NCBI RefSeq assembly: GCF_039521325.1 | Contig: NZ_BAAACD010000016.1 | Direction: 5' to 3' (one strand) | Length of the DNA stretch: 64,000 nt | From: Clostridium cadaveris | Lineage (GTDB): Bacteria > Bacillota > Clostridia > Clostridiales > Clostridiaceae | Shown here: one piece after another, positions 54,678-64,000 of the stretch | Layout: each line of letters starts with the position of its first letter | Position numbering within the stretch: the first letter of the stretch is position 1 | The notes under the pieces: generated by a model | Database searches by the model: none | What the model saw: only the letters and a program-made list of their open reading frames with translations | Told to the model about the DNA's origin: nothing | Translations under genes and position numbers: made by a program

Positions 54678-54986
54678 TTAGTATTCTGATGGTAGAAGCA
54701 TAGTTGAATATTCTACACTATCAATTACATAGATTTTAATACCATAATCTATCTGAATATCTTCTAGCTCTATTTCATATGTGCATGAGTATTCAGGAAC
54801 TTCTTGACTTTGATTTATTACAACCTTATTTCCTTCTTTTCTTATCTTGAAAACTTGTAAGTAATCTAGTTCAATATTTTCTTCATCATTCAATTTATCA
54901 ATCATACTCCACATTATAATTTGTAGTATTATGTCTACTTCCTCATTTATACCTCTAGTTACATACCTATTATTTTTCTTGAACAT
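54678..54986 (-). CDS. DUF960 family protein
   Basis: MFKKNNRYVTRGINEEVDIILQIIMWSMIDKL… This family is typically found in Firmicute ICEs and in SCC ccr-region backbones. Confidence 0.55.
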   Translation of the reverse strand: MFKKNNRYVTRGINEEVDIILQIIMWSMIDKLNDEENIELDYLQVFKIRKEGNKVVINQSQEVPEYSCTYEIELEDIQIDYGIKIYVIDSVEYSTMLLPSEY

Positions 54987-55129
54987 ATTTCTCTATCTCC
55001 TTTGCATTACAAGTTTTTATAGTCATCTTCCCATTTCTAATTACACCTACATATAAAATTCTTTTCATTACCCTTTTCCTCCTAAAAATAATAAAAGTCT
55101 TAATCACTACATCAATAGTAATTAAGACT

Positions 55130-55441
55130 TTATACCTTACTTATTTCTTGTTTTATCATTGTTATAAATTCCTCTGAAAATACTTGATTCTTTATTGATT
55201 CTTTTATTAGCTCTAATAGCTCTAGTTCAGTTACATCAAGACTTCTTGGAATATAAGTTTCATCACCTCTTCTAGTTGCTTTATATACACAGAACCTTAC
55301 TTCATTTCTTTTTAATTCCTTAATATATATCTTTTCTATTGTATATGTGTATTCATCATCTCCAACTTTTCCTTGATTCATTATCTTACAATACTTAGTT
55401 TCTTTGATTATACTCTCTTCTTTTACATTCTTCTTACTCAC
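55130..55441 (-). CDS. Hypothetical protein (island cargo)
   Basis: 103-aa ORF. Confidence 0.5.
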   Translation of the reverse strand: MSKKNVKEESIIKETKYCKIMNQGKVGDDEYTYTIEKIYIKELKRNEVRFCVYKATRRGDETYIPRSLDVTELELLELIKESIKNQVFSEEFITMIKQEISKV

Positions 55442-55458
55442 ATTAAATTAACCTCCTT

Positions 55459-55797
55459 TTATTCTAGTAGGAACTTAGAAAGTTCTTCTGTTGTTATTAC
55501 TACAATTGAAAAATCGCTTGAAATCAAAAATAGTGAAGAAACCCAATTAATTCCCTCACTACATTCAATGATATCAGTATATTCTGGCACTAAATCTTGT
55601 AATTTATCTTGCTTCAATATTTCGATATCTACGATATTTTCTGCTATAAGTACATATCCACCTAAGTCATTATCTACATGTCTATTTGCTCCATAATTAT
55701 CATCTAGTATTTCTATAGTTTCACATATACTATTAATAACTTCTGTTGGATATTTTTTTAATTGTTTTAACTGTTCCTTTGAATAAACCTTCTTCAT
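55459..55797 (-). CDS. Hypothetical protein (island cargo)
   Basis: 112-aa acidic ORF. Confidence 0.5.
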   Translation of the reverse strand: MKKVYSKEQLKQLKKYPTEVINSICETIEILDDNYGANRHVDNDLGGYVLIAENIVDIEILKQDKLQDLVPEYTDIIECSEGINWVSSLFLISSDFSIVVITTEELSKFLLE

Positions 55798-55893
55798 TAT
55801 ATATTTCTCCCTTCTTAATACAAAAAGGTTCTTACATGCTTTTAATACACATAAGAACCTTTATTATTTTTATAATATATATTTATATTATGC

Positions 55894-57657
55894 TTAATAC
55901 CTTATTGTAAACTCTGAATTATTAAACATATCTCTTTCTAATTCCTCAACAGTCATTTCTCCTGACTTTATTTTTTCAGCTCCAAGCAATAAATTTACCA
56001 CATTAACAGCCGCACCATTAACTCCAGTACTCATACTTAATCTTCTTAATTGTTCTTCAAACTTACCCTTAAACGAACCAGATATAAATACAAAATAATA
56101 TTTTTGAACCTCTTCTGAAAAGTTTTCCCACCATTTATTAGGATTTATTTGCTCGTCTCTGTTAGAATTTTCTCTTACATACCTTTCCATCTCATCTGCT
56201 TGACTTATAGGCAAACTATATCCTTCCGAATATGCCTTAGTATCTACAATAATCCCAAAATTATCCTCTAAAGTCGTAGAATATACTATACCATCAGGTT
56301 TTCTACTTCCCCCGAGATGTCTACCCTTAAATCCATATTCATTAACTAATAATTCCAACACTTTCATTTCAAATAGTCTATTTTGCTTACTATCAAATGC
56401 TAAGTCTATTAATGATAGGTAATCATGAGAAATATTAGTTATTTGCTCTCTTAGCTCATCTTTCAACAAACTAATTTTGCTCTTTATCTCTTCTGCATCT
56501 CCTAACTTAGGTATAATAAAATCATTAATGGTATCATACATCTTATAACCTTTAGTCTCACTCTTAATATTTATCCCTGTATTAATTAATCCATTAATAT
56601 CGTCTTTAATAGTACTAATAGATTCATTAATATTAGCTAATTTTAACTTATCTTTTATATTCTCTAAAGTTAATACTTTACTAGTTTCAATTAATATTTT
56701 TAAAATATACGACCTTCTAGTTCTTATATAATTTTTGTCTATCCCTTTTGTAGCAAACATTTCCCAAAAAACATTTTTCGAAACTCTAGCTACTTTATTT
56801 ATTCCTAATAATCTTCTAACTGCTTTTAGACCCTTATCTGTAATCATATAAGCATGTCCTATCGTTTCACTATACATTTCTCCACCAAAATTTACAGTAA
56901 CTAACTTAGGTCTTTGTACCAATAACCCTAGTTTCACTAGCCACCCTGAAATCATCCTAGCATATTTGTCTGATGACCCATCCCAATCAGTTTTAATTTT
57001 ATTTTTTTCCTTTGGGTCATCAGTAGTAGCTAATGTCATAATTAGTACATTTAATGGTAAGCTTGTAAATCCTGCTTCTCCAGTAAAACCCAATTTCTTA
57101 CCTATCTCATATTTTGTTAAGTGCTCTCCATTAGAAAGTAATGTTAAAACTCTTGCTACTGGTGGATATGATAACATCGCTTCTTCTAAAATTATGTTTT
57201 CTTCTTGACTACCATCTTCACTTTGTACATATCTTTTCCCTAGCTCTGATATCTCAAATGTATCTGTATCATAGTTATATTTAATAAACCCTAATGCATG
57301 TGCCCATCTAACAAAATTATCTGATGACCAATCATCTATAAACTCCTTTCTTTGACCCTTTACAGTTGCTTGTACTATTGCATTACATCGTGCAGAACTT
57401 CTTGGCGTAAAGGATGTGCCAACTAACTTGTAATACTCTATCTTTAAAGGATTTACGCTTAATGCATTTATTAACTCCTTTTGACCATCTCTTTCTTCTA
57501 CTAATTTCTTTATTCTCTTATCTCTTAACTCGATATGTATCTTTGATGTGTTATCAAAAATGGAGACAACTTTTTTTAAACTTTCAAAATTACTTGGATT
57601 TTGAACCCAGCCAAAAGTTCTAATAGTTTTATTATTTACATCTATTATCTTAATCAT
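55894..57657 (-). CDS. Type IIS restriction endonuclease, FokI family
   Basis: 587 aa, colinear with FokI. Shared blocks: IRTFGWVQNP, WSSD.F.RWAHALGFI, SYPP…ILTLL, KYARMI.GWL.KLGL, RTRR..IL.ILI, KGLINTGI. Cleavage domain EMKV.E…YG..G.HLGGSRKPDG.IY…G.IVDTKAYS.GY.LPI.QADEM.RYV.EN…INPN.WW. Confidence 0.9.
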   Translation of the reverse strand: MIKIIDVNNKTIRTFGWVQNPSNFESLKKVVSIFDNTSKIHIELRDKRIKKLVEERDGQKELINALSVNPLKIEYYKLVGTSFTPRSSARCNAIVQATVKGQRKEFIDDWSSDNFVRWAHALGFIKYNYDTDTFEISELGKRYVQSEDGSQEENIILEEAMLSYPPVARVLTLLSNGEHLTKYEIGKKLGFTGEAGFTSLPLNVLIMTLATTDDPKEKNKIKTDWDGSSDKYARMISGWLVKLGLLVQRPKLVTVNFGGEMYSETIGHAYMITDKGLKAVRRLLGINKVARVSKNVFWEMFATKGIDKNYIRTRRSYILKILIETSKVLTLENIKDKLKLANINESISTIKDDINGLINTGINIKSETKGYKMYDTINDFIIPKLGDAEEIKSKISLLKDELREQITNISHDYLSLIDLAFDSKQNRLFEMKVLELLVNEYGFKGRHLGGSRKPDGIVYSTTLEDNFGIIVDTKAYSEGYSLPISQADEMERYVRENSNRDEQINPNKWWENFSEEVQKYYFVFISGSFKGKFEEQLRRLSMSTGVNGAAVNVVNLLLGAEKIKSGEMTVEELERDMFNNSEFTIRY

Positions 57658-57737
57658 ATATATTCCTCCATAAATTCATATATATATATTTTATCATATA
57701 TATAAAAAAAAAGAAGAATATACTATTTTGTATATTC

Positions 57738-59735
57738 TTAGTAATTAGTTATCAATACCTCTTCACTTTTTCCTTTTTTTGTATTATAACTTGAATTAGA
57801 GTAATCATGATTAAGATTATTAATATTATATTTTTTACTCCACTCTTTTAATATATTATTGCTCTTCCCTTTATGCTCTAATACATTTGATAAAGCAAAC
57901 TTAATCCCTTTCTCATTAGCTTTATCCAGATATTCTAACAACATAACTTCTTCATTTTCAGTCCAATTTTTAAAACCTCTATTTCCGTCATTATATGAGC
58001 CTGTAGTAATCAAATATGGAGGGTCACAATAAATAAAGCTATTTTTATCTAAGTTATCAAATGATACATCAATAAAATCATTGCATGTAAAACTTATATT
58101 CTTACTATGCATACTCTTTAAAAATTCAATTAAGTTCCCTTTAAGAACCGATGAAAATTGACTTCTATTTCTTCCAAATGGATTATTGTATTCAAAATTT
58201 TTATTAAATCTAAATTGGTAATTAAAGGAGTAACATACTAAAGTATATAAATCTAATGGCATTTTTGTTTTATTATAATACTCTCTAAATGCCTTAAATC
58301 CATCTTCATTTTCCTTTGTTAATTTAAACTCTTTTATTCTATTCTCAATATAATTTAATATATATTCATCAGTATTATTTTTAAATTCATTAAATAATTC
58401 TATCACAAAATTATTATAATCGTTGCATATTATATTTTTTGCCTCAACATTAATTCCTACATTGCATCCTCCTGCAAATAAGTCTACAAATGTTTCTATT
58501 TTTTTAGGAAACATAGGTATTATCTGATTTAGTAACTTATACTTACCACCAATGTAGTTTAAAGGACTTTTTATATATTTTTTCTTTTGTTTTCCTTTAT
58601 ATTTGTTTACGTTACATTTGCATATTTCATTTTTTTTACTTTTATCTTCTTGTACACTATCACTTTGCTTTCTGATATAAAAAATCAACTCATATAATTC
58701 TATAATTTTTTGCTCATGTTTACTCTTATATTTTCTATATGGTATCTTATACAATTTAAATGTCTCTTCAACCCCGTACTTTTTCAATATTTGTTCTATT
58801 TCATCAGAAGACATTAAGCCATCTGTACTATAACTAACGATTATATGTTTAAAATTAGAATCTTTGATTAGTGACTCAAAAGAATCTTTTACTTGCTTTT
58901 TGTTACAATATTTAGACTTTTGATTTTCATAATTTCTTAAACCAGTTACTCCATATAGCTCTGGATAATCATATTTAGCTATAGTCTCCAAAACATGATA
59001 GTTAGGTACATATTGTCTTGAGTTGTACGGTGGGTCTAAATATAAAATATCCCCTTTAATTTTTTTTATTAATTCATTAGCATCTTCATTAAAGCATCTA
59101 TTCTCTCTCTCATTGTCTATTACCTCTAATTTTTTTAACTCAATCTTATTTAAAGCTCTTTTATCCCATTTCTTTAAATATGCTCCATAAGTCCCTGATA
59201 TATTTGATACATATGGTATTCCTTCAAGTAAACAAGCTAATAAATATGCATATTCATTAAAATCTATAATATTATCTCTTTTCCACTCATCTAGCTTAAC
59301 TCTTATAAAATCTATCCTATTAGCATTTTCTTTGGTTATATACATTCTATTAGATTTATTGCTAGGTGCGTAATGATTACTTGCAAAATATACTCTATCA
59401 TTAAAATTAATATCGCTAATATCAAATGTTTCTAAATAATTTATAGGGTCATCTATGCCAATACTTTTTAATTTAATAAATTCAGGAATTTTATTATTCT
59501 CTACTGTTGCTTTCTGTAATATATAAGAAAAATACATCAAATCGTTAGAGTATACTTGATAATATTCCTTGAAATATCTAGCTACAGTTCCTGTTCCTGA
59601 AAAAATATCGCAAAAAGTGTTAGCTTTATCACTAACATTCTCGTCTATTACTTCTTTTATCTTATCTAACAATAAGACTTTACTTCCTATATATCTCATA
59701 TCTTCTATCTCCTCATTTCTTACATCCCTAAACAT
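57738..59735 (-). CDS. Type IIS modification methyltransferase, M.FokI-like (two fused N6-adenine MTase domains)
   Basis: 665 aa with two DPPY motifs (LYLDPPYNSRQY and IYCDPPYLITTGSYNDGNRGFK). The C-terminus …KKGKSEEVLITNY is near-identical in pattern to M.FokI. Confidence 0.9.
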   Translation of the reverse strand: MFRDVRNEEIEDMRYIGSKVLLLDKIKEVIDENVSDKANTFCDIFSGTGTVARYFKEYYQVYSNDLMYFSYILQKATVENNKIPEFIKLKSIGIDDPINYLETFDISDINFNDRVYFASNHYAPSNKSNRMYITKENANRIDFIRVKLDEWKRDNIIDFNEYAYLLACLLEGIPYVSNISGTYGAYLKKWDKRALNKIELKKLEVIDNERENRCFNEDANELIKKIKGDILYLDPPYNSRQYVPNYHVLETIAKYDYPELYGVTGLRNYENQKSKYCNKKQVKDSFESLIKDSNFKHIIVSYSTDGLMSSDEIEQILKKYGVEETFKLYKIPYRKYKSKHEQKIIELYELIFYIRKQSDSVQEDKSKKNEICKCNVNKYKGKQKKKYIKSPLNYIGGKYKLLNQIIPMFPKKIETFVDLFAGGCNVGINVEAKNIICNDYNNFVIELFNEFKNNTDEYILNYIENRIKEFKLTKENEDGFKAFREYYNKTKMPLDLYTLVCYSFNYQFRFNKNFEYNNPFGRNRSQFSSVLKGNLIEFLKSMHSKNISFTCNDFIDVSFDNLDKNSFIYCDPPYLITTGSYNDGNRGFKNWTENEEVMLLEYLDKANEKGIKFALSNVLEHKGKSNNILKEWSKKYNINNLNHDYSNSSYNTKKGKSEEVLITNY

Positions 59736-59868
59736 CCATTTAATATTACTATATTTATATTAAAAATTCAATAGATTTAATAAACTATTACTTTTTAATA
59801 TAAAAAAGGCTACTATCAAAATGCTTTCATAGTAACCACTAAATTCATTATCCAATTTTAGTAAAAAC

Positions 59869-59894
59869 CTCATTTATTTATGATACGGTTCTCC
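59869..59894. repeat. Right direct repeat (att core) overlapping the rlmH 3' end
   Basis: Identical 26-mer to 44072-44097. On the minus strand it encodes …GEPYHK*. Confidence 0.75.
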
Positions 59895-60353
59895 CTTAAT
59901 TATCCTAAATCCTCTATATATCTGTTCTAGAAGCATAACTCTGAATAGTTGGTGTGGAAATGTCATTTTTGAGAAACATAATTTATAGCTTGCTCTATTT
60001 AAAACATCTTGTGAAAGTCCAAGGCTTCCTCCTATAATAAATACTAGATTTGAGTTACCTTGTATGCCACAGTTATCTATGAAATATGAAAATTCCTCTG
60101 AGGAAAGTGTCTTTCCTTTTAGATCCATAGCTATTACATAGGCATTATCTTTGATTTTTGATAGGATTTGGGCCCCTTCCTTTTCTTTAATTTGAAGTTC
60201 TTCCTTTTCTGAAGCATTATCTGGTGTTTTTTCATCTGCCACTTCTATAACTTCAAGTTTGCAGTATTTGCTTAATCTTTTTGAGTACTCATCTATAGCA
60301 TCTCTTAAGAATTTTTCTTTTATTTTTCCTACTGTTATAAGGGTTATATTCAT
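59874..60353 (-). CDS. rlmH: 23S rRNA (pseudouridine1915-N3)-methyltransferase RlmH (the orfX equivalent)
   Basis: 159-aa SPOUT MTase. …IIGGSLGLSQDVLNRASYKLCFSKMTFPHQLFRVMLLEQIYRGFRIIKGEPYHK. Confidence 0.9.
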   Translation of the reverse strand: MNITLITVGKIKEKFLRDAIDEYSKRLSKYCKLEVIEVADEKTPDNASEKEELQIKEKEGAQILSKIKDNAYVIAMDLKGKTLSSEEFSYFIDNCGIQGNSNLVFIIGGSLGLSQDVLNRASYKLCFSKMTFPHQLFRVMLLEQIYRGFRIIKGEPYHK

Positions 60354-60424
60354 TCTTCATTCTCCTTGATGATTTTTATATAAAACTAAAGGTCTTACTT
60401 TTCAGTAAGACCTATCATATCATA

Positions 60425-60937
60425 TTAAGCGTTTTTGCCACAGCACTTTTTGTACTTTTTGCCACTGCCGCAAGGACATGGGTCATTTCTTCCAACTTTG
60501 TTTTCGTTAACTATAGTCTTAGAAGATCTCCATGATTTCTGAATTTCTTTTCTTTTCTCGTCTGAGAATATTCCATCCCATTGTGGAAGTTCATATAAGT
60601 AATCAGCTTTTGCGTCTAACATATTGAAATATAGCTTTTCTAAATCTATATTTAGTTCTAAAGTTGTATCTGCTTCAACTTCTTCTAAATCTAAAGGAGT
60701 AACTAAGCTATCATTGATTCCATCAACAAATCCCATAACAAACTCATTAGTAGCTCCGAATTCTTTTGCTAAATCAGCTATAGTTGTTTTTACAACTTCT
60801 CCATGATTAGCTAAAATTTTTGTATATATTCTTTCTTCTATATTGCTATACTCATTCCAAAAAGCTTGTTCTCCCTTTGTTTTAACATAGTCAACAACCA
60901 TGTCGGTCCATTGTGCATACAAACTCATCTTATTCAT
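60425..60937 (-). CDS. SEC-C motif-containing protein (170 aa)
   Basis: C-terminus [23 protein letters not shown]. Nearly identical to the tail of 23912-25099. Confidence 0.6.
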   Translation of the reverse strand: MNKMSLYAQWTDMVVDYVKTKGEQAFWNEYSNIEERIYTKILANHGEVVKTTIADLAKEFGATNEFVMGFVDGINDSLVTPLDLEEVEADTTLELNIDLEKLYFNMLDAKADYLYELPQWDGIFSDEKRKEIQKSWRSSKTIVNENKVGRNDPCPCGSGKKYKKCCGKNA

Positions 60938-61042
60938 TCTCCCTTTTTATTAAATTATTGTATATTTATTATTCTTATATTATAAATAAATATGGAATAA
61001 TTTCAATACATTAGTATCTCATTTTTTTATCTATTGATTATT

Positions 61043-61612
61043 TTATTTTGAATCTATTATTTTTAATATATCATCTTTTCCTATAGGCTCCATAGTATTA
61101 TAGTTCCCACCTATAGTTTCGATGTCTTTATTCTCAATCAAAAATTTAACTTTATTAACTTTAGGAAGCTGGCATAAAGTATTTACTATACCCTTAATAC
61201 ATGCCTCCTCTTTAGTAACACTCATTTTTATAAGCGCCTGACTATTTAAATTTACTACAGCAATATCATCCTTTATTGAAAAACTTAAAAGTTTTGTATC
61301 TTTAGGCAGAATAGGTTTAAGCTTGCTATTTAGAGATGGACCTGCAATCAATGAGTTTACAAGAGTTTCTCCTACAACTTCTTCCTTATCCATAACAAGT
61401 TCTTCCATACCTATTTTTGCCTTGGATTCATCTGTAGAGTCATCAAAATAAAGTTCTAAGTCTAATAGATTATTTTCTTCATTCAAAAGTTTCATATTTT
61501 TTATTTTGTCTTTGTTGTTTATGCTGACTTTATCAGCTTTATTACATCCCATTAAAGTTAAGGAAATTATAGTCATGGTTAAAAATAAGGTTTTTTTAAA
61601 AATATTTTTCAT
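61043..61612 (-). CDS. GerMN-domain lipoprotein
   Basis: Lipobox LMGC. GerM-like region LSFSIKDDIAVVNLN. Confidence 0.6.
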   Translation of the reverse strand: MKNIFKKTLFLTMTIISLTLMGCNKADKVSINNKDKIKNMKLLNEENNLLDLELYFDDSTDESKAKIGMEELVMDKEEVVGETLVNSLIAGPSLNSKLKPILPKDTKLLSFSIKDDIAVVNLNSQALIKMSVTKEEACIKGIVNTLCQLPKVNKVKFLIENKDIETIGGNYNTMEPIGKDDILKIIDSK

Positions 61613-61655
61613 ACCTGTCTCCTTTTCTCATATGCCTATAAATATCTATATTAAA

Positions 61656-62441
61656 CTAAAACTCTATGTAACTGCTAGGTTCCTTTCTATCCGCTAGGGT
61701 TATTGTCACATCGTGATTTAATTTAACGCCATTTTCTTTAAGTACTGATGTAACTGTTTCATATGCTAAATCCGGATAGTTATTAGTTTTACTTAAATGC
61801 CCAAGTATAATATTCTTATGGTTTCCATTTAATAAATTCATTATAGCATTTCCACAAGCTTCGTTAGACAGGTGTCCTACGTTACTCAATATTCTTCTCT
61901 TTAAATTATAAGGATATGGTCCAAATTTCAGCATTTCTACATCGTGATTGCTTTCCAGAAGTATAACATTAGAATCCTTTATATTCCTCTCAACTTCTTC
62001 AGTAAAACATCCAAGATCCGTAGCTATGCTTATCCTTTTATTCCCACAGATAGCTGTATAACCAATTGGATTCGCAGCATCGTGTGGTATTGAAAAATTT
62101 ATCATGTCTATGTCTTTTATGAGGACATGATTTTCTTTTAAAACCTTTATATTGTGTTCTTTAACCTTACCTAATGATTTTTCCATGGCACACCAAGTTT
62201 CTTCATTAGCATATATTGGTATATCATGCTTTCTAGAAATTATTCCTGCACCCTTAACATGATCTATGTGTTCATGAGTTATAAAAATTCCATCTATATC
62301 TTTTGGGTTTATATCTATACTATCTAAAGCGCTGTCTATGGCCTTTCCCGGCATGCCTGCATCTACTAAAATATTTGTATTTCCCGAAGATATAAAGATG
62401 CTATTCCCACTACTACCGCTATATAAAGAATAAAATCTCAT
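61656..62441 (-). CDS. MBL-fold metallo-hydrolase (YycJ/WalJ-like)
   Basis: HxHxDH motif (THEHIDHVKG). MRFYSLYSGSSGNSIFISSGNTNILVDAGM resembles YycJ. Confidence 0.75.
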   Translation of the reverse strand: MRFYSLYSGSSGNSIFISSGNTNILVDAGMPGKAIDSALDSIDINPKDIDGIFITHEHIDHVKGAGIISRKHDIPIYANEETWCAMEKSLGKVKEHNIKVLKENHVLIKDIDMINFSIPHDAANPIGYTAICGNKRISIATDLGCFTEEVERNIKDSNVILLESNHDVEMLKFGPYPYNLKRRILSNVGHLSNEACGNAIMNLLNGNHKNIILGHLSKTNNYPDLAYETVTSVLKENGVKLNHDVTITLADRKEPSSYIEF

Positions 62442-62442
62442 A

Positions 62443-63708
62443 TTACTCCTCCGTAACGGTTTCCCTTCTTATATCTGCTCCTAAAGCTTTAAATTTATTT
62501 TCAATATGAGGGTAACCTCTATCTATATGATCAATATTAAATATTTCTGTCGTTCCCTCTGCTACAAGTCCTGCTATAACCATAGCTGCACCTGCTCTAA
62601 GGTCTGTAGCTTTAGTTACTGCTCCTGTAAGCTTATCAACTCCATCTATTATAGCAGTTCTTCCTTCAACTTTGATATTTGCACCCATTTTCTTAAGCTC
62701 ATCAACATGCTTTAATCTGCACTCATAAATACTTTCATTTACCATACTTCTTCCCTTAGATATGGATAATAATGTGCTCATTGGCTGCTGTATATCTGTA
62801 GGGAATCCTGGATATGGGGCTGTCTTTAGGTTTACTCCCTTTAATTCTCTACTGCTGTCTACAACAACATAATCGTCACCATATTCTAAATCAACACCCA
62901 TCTCTATAAGCTTAGCCCCCATAGATTCTAAGTGTTTTGGAATTATATTATTTATCTTAACATGCCCACCACAAGCAGCGGATGCTATCATAAATGTACC
63001 AGCTTCTATCTGGTCAGGAATTACACTGTAATCACAGCCTTTAAGTTCTTTAACTCCTGTTATTCTTATAACATCAGTTCCTGCACCTTTTATATTTGCT
63101 CCCATAGAGTTTAAAAAGTTTGCAACGTCTACTACATGAGGTTCTCTAGCTGCATTTTCAAGCACCGTAGTTCCCTCTGCAAGAGCTGCTGCAAGCATAA
63201 CATTTATAGTTCCACCTACAGTTACAACGTCGAAAAATATATTTGTTCCGATAAGTTTTTCTGCCTTTACTATAACTGCACCATGCTCTATCTTAACCTC
63301 TGCTCCTAATGCTTCAAAACCTTTTATATGCTGGTCTATAGGTCTAACCCCTATTGGGCATCCCCCTGGAAGTTCAACTCTAGCTTCTTTAAATCTTCCT
63401 AACAAAGCACCGATTAAATAGTAAGAAGCTCTCATACGTCTTACATCCTCTGTACATGCTTCTAAAACATTTAAAGATGTACTGTCTATAGTTAGAGAAT
63501 TTCCTGTTCTCCTAACTGTGCATCCTAAGGATTCTATTATTCTCTCTAAACAATTGATATCTTCAATATCTGGTATATTATCTATAACACATGCTTTGCT
63601 GCTAGCCATTATAGCCGTTGGCAATATAGCTACTGCTGCATTCTTTGATCCACTAATACTTACCTCTCCATTAAGAGGCCTTCCTCCATTTATAACAAGC
63701 TTTTCCAT
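62443..63708 (-). CDS. murA: UDP-N-acetylglucosamine 1-carboxyvinyltransferase
   Basis: 421 aa with the MurA N-terminus [35 protein letters not shown] and the catalytic-loop region. Confidence 0.9.
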   Translation of the reverse strand: MEKLVINGGRPLNGEVSISGSKNAAVAILPTAIMASSKACVIDNIPDIEDINCLERIIESLGCTVRRTGNSLTIDSTSLNVLEACTEDVRRMRASYYLIGALLGRFKEARVELPGGCPIGVRPIDQHIKGFEALGAEVKIEHGAVIVKAEKLIGTNIFFDVVTVGGTINVMLAAALAEGTTVLENAAREPHVVDVANFLNSMGANIKGAGTDVIRITGVKELKGCDYSVIPDQIEAGTFMIASAACGGHVKINNIIPKHLESMGAKLIEMGVDLEYGDDYVVVDSSRELKGVNLKTAPYPGFPTDIQQPMSTLLSISKGRSMVNESIYECRLKHVDELKKMGANIKVEGRTAIIDGVDKLTGAVTKATDLRAGAAMVIAGLVAEGTTEIFNIDHIDRGYPHIENKFKALGADIRRETVTEE

Positions 63709-64000
63709 CTATTCCACCCTTATCTCATTATTTCATAATCCACAAAATCTTTTTCACCAAAACCATATAATCAAAAAATCTAATATCAAAACTCTGTCTG
63801 ATACTTAATTAATAGTATTCCCACTTCTTGATATACTAATAAAATTTTCAATTCATTTTTTGTATCATTTGTACTCTTATAAGTATAATTTTATCCATGC
63901 ATACAAATTTCTAAGCTATATAATAGCATAATATTTTTATAATAATGCATGACAATTTATATGATATTTCATTTCTTCAATAAATAAAAATCATATTCTT

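Larger units (their letters stand above)
44072..59894 (-). mobile_element. SCC-like (staphylococcal cassette chromosome-like) genomic island integrated into the 3' end of rlmH
   Basis: Bounded by perfect 26-bp direct repeats CTCATTTATTTATGATACGGTTCTCC (44072-44097 and 59869-59894). The right copy forms the last codons and stop of rlmH. The core GAGAACCGTATCATAAATAA resembles the SCC integration-site sequence. The island carries a Ccr-like large serine recombinase, DUF960, DUF2188, an RM system, and every gene is on the minus strand. Confidence 0.65.

Overview
The window is AT-rich chromosomal DNA from a low-GC Firmicute, most likely a Clostridium. Almost all genes lie on the minus strand.

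The left part (1-43.5 kb) is ordinary core genome:
- the 5' part of the pyruvate:ferredoxin oxidoreductase gene (N-terminal region; its 3' end lies beyond the window edge), a NUDIX hydrolase, a MacB-type ABC ATPase with two FtsX permeases, two LysR regulators and a CofE-like ligase;
- a secreted amidase-domain protein, an M15 peptidase, a SAM methyltransferase, and an amidohydrolase-AGCS symporter operon behind a long terminator-containing leader;
- TauE/SafE, a Cof-type HAD hydrolase, an FNR-like reductase, an APC permease, MscL, MerR, GNAT and an NADH oxidase;
- two tandem paralogous Ser/Thr/Asn- and Cys-rich proteins of unknown function;
- meso-DAP dehydrogenase, a flotillin-like SPFH protein, an XRE-TPR regulator, and bioY-bioB-bioD with a BirA operator;
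- a glycosidase whose 5' end abuts a truncated IS3 element, an isochorismatase, an AraC regulator, and HD/GNAT gene fragments.

The main finding is a roughly 15.8-kb genomic island at 44072-59894. It is bounded by perfect 26-bp direct repeats that duplicate the 3' end of rlmH (…GEPYHK*, core GGAGAACCGTATCATAAATAA). This is the same attachment site and core sequence that staphylococcal SCC elements use at rlmH (orfX). The island carries:
- a CcrB/CcrC-like large serine recombinase gene interrupted by an in-frame TAA;
- DUF960 and DUF2188 proteins and a set of uncharacterised cargo genes;
- a complete FokI/M.FokI-type IIS restriction-modification pair;
- a roughly 1.4-kb non-coding, strongly G-depleted, AT-rich segment with two imperfect 60-90-bp direct repeats, C7TC6 homopolymer tracts and a translationally coupled 27-aa hydrophobic peptide.

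To the right of rlmH lie a SEC-C protein, a GerMN lipoprotein, a YycJ-like MBL hydrolase and murA. No rRNA, tRNA or CRISPR arrays were recognised.
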